In this document: positions 62,028 through 64,000 of the stretch, in pieces
Numbering within the stretch: position 1 is the stretch's first letter
Layout of the letters: every line of letters begins with the position of its first letter
Sequence record: PV730302.1
DNA length: 64,000 nt
Strand: one strand, 5' to 3'
Source of the DNA: a phage
Notes under the pieces: generated by a model
Told to the model about the DNA's origin: nothing
Seen by the model: the letters and a program-made list of their open reading frames with translations, nothing else
Databases searched by the model: none
Program-made: the position numbers and the translations under genes

Positions 62028-62201
62028 ACTAGACTAAAGTAGTAATTGGGTTTCGTTCAGCTGTTCTTCAGTGTTTTCCGTAACCGGCAAGCTTTGAACG
62101 TAATTATAACATGAGCCCGGATGAACCGGACCTTTTTCTGTTTCAACAACCAATGCAGCATCGATTGGAGTTTTACAGACAACGCAAATCTTATCTGACA
62201 T
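62028..62201 (-). CDS. small Cys-containing protein (uvsY-upstream ORF)
   Basis: 57 aa, own translation MSDKICVVCKTPIDAALVVETEKGPVHPGSCYNY...; not in ORF track. Confidence 0.4.
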
Positions 62202-62327
62202 GATTGTCTCCTTAGTTTAACTTACATATCTATTTATTACTTGATAAAGCGGTATTAATGAATTCTTGAAGAAGTTTCATTTTATCGGCATCTACTTTAA
62301 TGGGTTTGGTATTTTTAGTACGTCTCA

Positions 62328-62762
62328 TTATTTACCTGCCTCAAATTGTCTCATCTCATGCATGGTCTTAAGGTTAAAACCACGCGCCTTAATAGCATCA
62401 AGTGCTGAACTACAAAAGTCCTGTAATAAAGCCCAATACTGGATTGATGTATCGATTTTAATTACACTCGAATCTGCAGCCATAACGGTCTTTAATTCAG
62501 ACTTCTCATACTGGTCCATACAAACCTCATCACCAGGCTCTCCACGTCCCGTGTAGAAATCTAATCGCTTCTTAAGTGAGGTCTTTTTCTGGATTTCTAA
62601 TCTCATTATTTCTTTCTTACAATTCGTATACAGCCTTAGCCATTTGCTGTGCAGCAAAACGTTGTTCTGTACTTCATATTGTAAACGAGTTCCATCAATC
62701 TTTAAATCCTCGTCTAATGCGTCCTGAAATGATTCTAATTTATATTCAATCTCTTTACTCAT
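62328..62762 (-). CDS. uvsY: UvsY recombination mediator
   Basis: start set at MSKEIEY; C-terminal half LQYWALLQDFCSSALDAIKARGF...FEAGK matches remembered T4 UvsY. Confidence 0.9.
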   Translation of the reverse strand: MSKEIEYKLESFQDALDEDLKIDGTRLQYEVQNNVLLHSKWLRLYTNCKKEIMRLEIQKKTSLKKRLDFYTGRGEPGDEVCMDQYEKSELKTVMAADSSVIKIDTSIQYWALLQDFCSSALDAIKARGFNLKTMHEMRQFEAGK

Positions 62763-62820
62763 CGCATGTTTCCTGTGTAATAACCATAGGACCATTATAC
62801 ACTATTCATTTGAACAGCAA

Positions 62821-63210
62821 TTAACCACTCTGTGAGAGCTGGATTCTAATTTGCTCTAATGTATCCGGGTCATCAACTATACTAAACTGAACGGTCACTA
62901 TAATCGAGTTATCATCGTACACAGGTGTCACACCTACAGCCAGGGTAGAAATTCTGGGTTCGAAGTTCCGCACAGCGGAAACTATATTACGCTTAATGGT
63001 ATCCGTGATTAGTGGAGTAATATTCTCAAACAATTGGTTACTGATGTCACAACCAAATTCAGGCATAAAAGGGCGTGAACCTTTGCGAGTAGTAATAATG
63101 CCTAACAAACTATTTTTTACTGCACGAGCACCTGTGGCTTTAGCGACGTCTCTATTCCAAGACGTCCTCATTTCAGGGTCTAAATCTGAATACATTTTAT
63201 TGATATTCAT
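62821..63210 (-). CDS. 25: baseplate wedge protein gp25
   Basis: 129 aa; [14 protein letters not shown]...LLGIITTRKGSRPFMPEFGCD matches remembered T4 gp25. Confidence 0.95.
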   Translation of the reverse strand: MNINKMYSDLDPEMRTSWNRDVAKATGARAVKNSLLGIITTRKGSRPFMPEFGCDISNQLFENITPLITDTIKRNIVSAVRNFEPRISTLAVGVTPVYDDNSIIVTVQFSIVDDPDTLEQIRIQLSQSG

Positions 63211-63833
63211 TACATCACCTTAAAGAACTCTTTAAGTCCCTCAATAACGTGGACGGTATGTTCACCGCATTCGCAAGAAATAGGTATAGCCAAAATAGGC
63301 TTAGGGGCAACTAGTGCATCATAAACTTCTTTTATGTCTTTTTCTGATATCACAGAATAAAGGTCATCAAGTTCCGCATCGCTTAAATCGGAAAGAAAAA
63401 GCTTTTCGCCTGCAGAAGTTAAAATATAATCGATACACCCTGCGACCATCATAGCTCTATTTTTATCTTCAAAGAGTTTAGGATATCTGAAAACAATTTT
63501 AAAGTTGCCAAAGTCTTTAATAACATCAGGCTCTTTACCTAATGTTGCGCGAGTTAGTGTCATAGGGACAACCTGTGAACGACCACAACTACAAACCCAC
63601 TCACGTTCTATATTCACTTCAGCTAATGAATGGGCCCACAGGTTTATCACCAGGAGCTCAGATTCTTGCTTGTTTAAATCACGAGCATCTGTGCAATTCG
63701 AAATGAGTTCATTGATAAAGGACTCTATTCTGCCTTCTAATTTAGCTTGGAGCAAGTCCTTATACTCTCTGAGGGTAAATGCTCTGCATTTTATGGTTTT
63801 GTTTTTAATTTTTACGTCAAAAGTATAATTCAT
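63210..63833 (-). CDS. 26: baseplate hub protein gp26
   Basis: 207 aa (T4 208); synteny 25-26-51. Confidence 0.85.
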   Translation of the reverse strand: MNYTFDVKIKNKTIKCRAFTLREYKDLLQAKLEGRIESFINELISNCTDARDLNKQESELLVINLWAHSLAEVNIEREWVCSCGRSQVVPMTLTRATLGKEPDVIKDFGNFKIVFRYPKLFEDKNRAMMVAGCIDYILTSAGEKLFLSDLSDAELDDLYSVISEKDIKEVYDALVAPKPILAIPISCECGEHTVHVIEGLKEFFKVM

Positions 63834-63851
63834 TGTCTTCTCCTTTAAGCT

Positions 63852-63859
63852 TATTTATA
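63852..63859 (-). promoter_or_regulatory. late promoter TATAAATA (minus sense, gene 26)
   Basis: TATTTATA on plus strand 19 nt upstream of gene 26 ATG. Confidence 0.6.
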
Positions 63860-63863
63860 AATA
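63856..63863 (+). promoter_or_regulatory. late promoter TATAAATA (gene 51)
   Basis: overlaps the minus-strand octamer (TATTTATAAATA). Confidence 0.65.
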
Positions 63864-63883
63864 CATCAATAAGAGGACACCCT

Positions 63884-64000
63884 ATGGCTAATATAGTACG
63901 TTGTGAAATGCCTGATGGAGTCCACCGATTTAAACCTTTTACAGTAGCTGATTATCGTGATTTTATTTTGATTCGAAATGACATGAATAATAAATCACCT
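63884..64000 (+). CDS. 51: baseplate hub assembly protein gp51 (N-terminal fragment, runs off window)
   Basis: own translation [19 protein letters not shown]...; position after gene 26. Confidence 0.6.
   Translation, partial: MANIVRCEMPDGVHRFKPFTVADYRDFILIRNDMNNKSP

Overview
This window is a segment of a T4-like (Tevenvirinae) myovirus genome. All gene identifications rest on reading the supplied translations, remembered T4 protein sequences and sizes, motifs and gene order; no database search was run. Positions 1-25400 are an early/middle region transcribed almost entirely on the minus strand: tk, regB, denV, internal-protein genes, lysozyme e, nudE, many small hypothetical ORFs, two tRNAs, then 57B, 57A, 1, 3, 2, 4. 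Positions 25408-57201 are the plus-strand late structural module in T4 order (53, 5, 6-12, wac, 13-24). The right end carries rnlB, hoc, inh (minus), uvsW and uvsW.1 (plus), uvsY, 25, 26 (minus) and the start of 51 (plus). Regulatory punctuation is dense: at least 12 sigma70-type early promoters, most built on one reused ~45-bp promoter/stem-loop cassette; 14 TATAAATA late promoters, several in divergent overlapping pairs; and recurring intrinsic-terminator hairpins. The most unusual items are a 687-aa ORF wedged between baseplate genes 5 and 6, a tandem array of four small paralogs ending in a C-terminal cysteine, seven internal-protein-like genes carrying the capsid targeting sequence, and an early-gene cassette inserted antisense between capsid genes 23 and 24.
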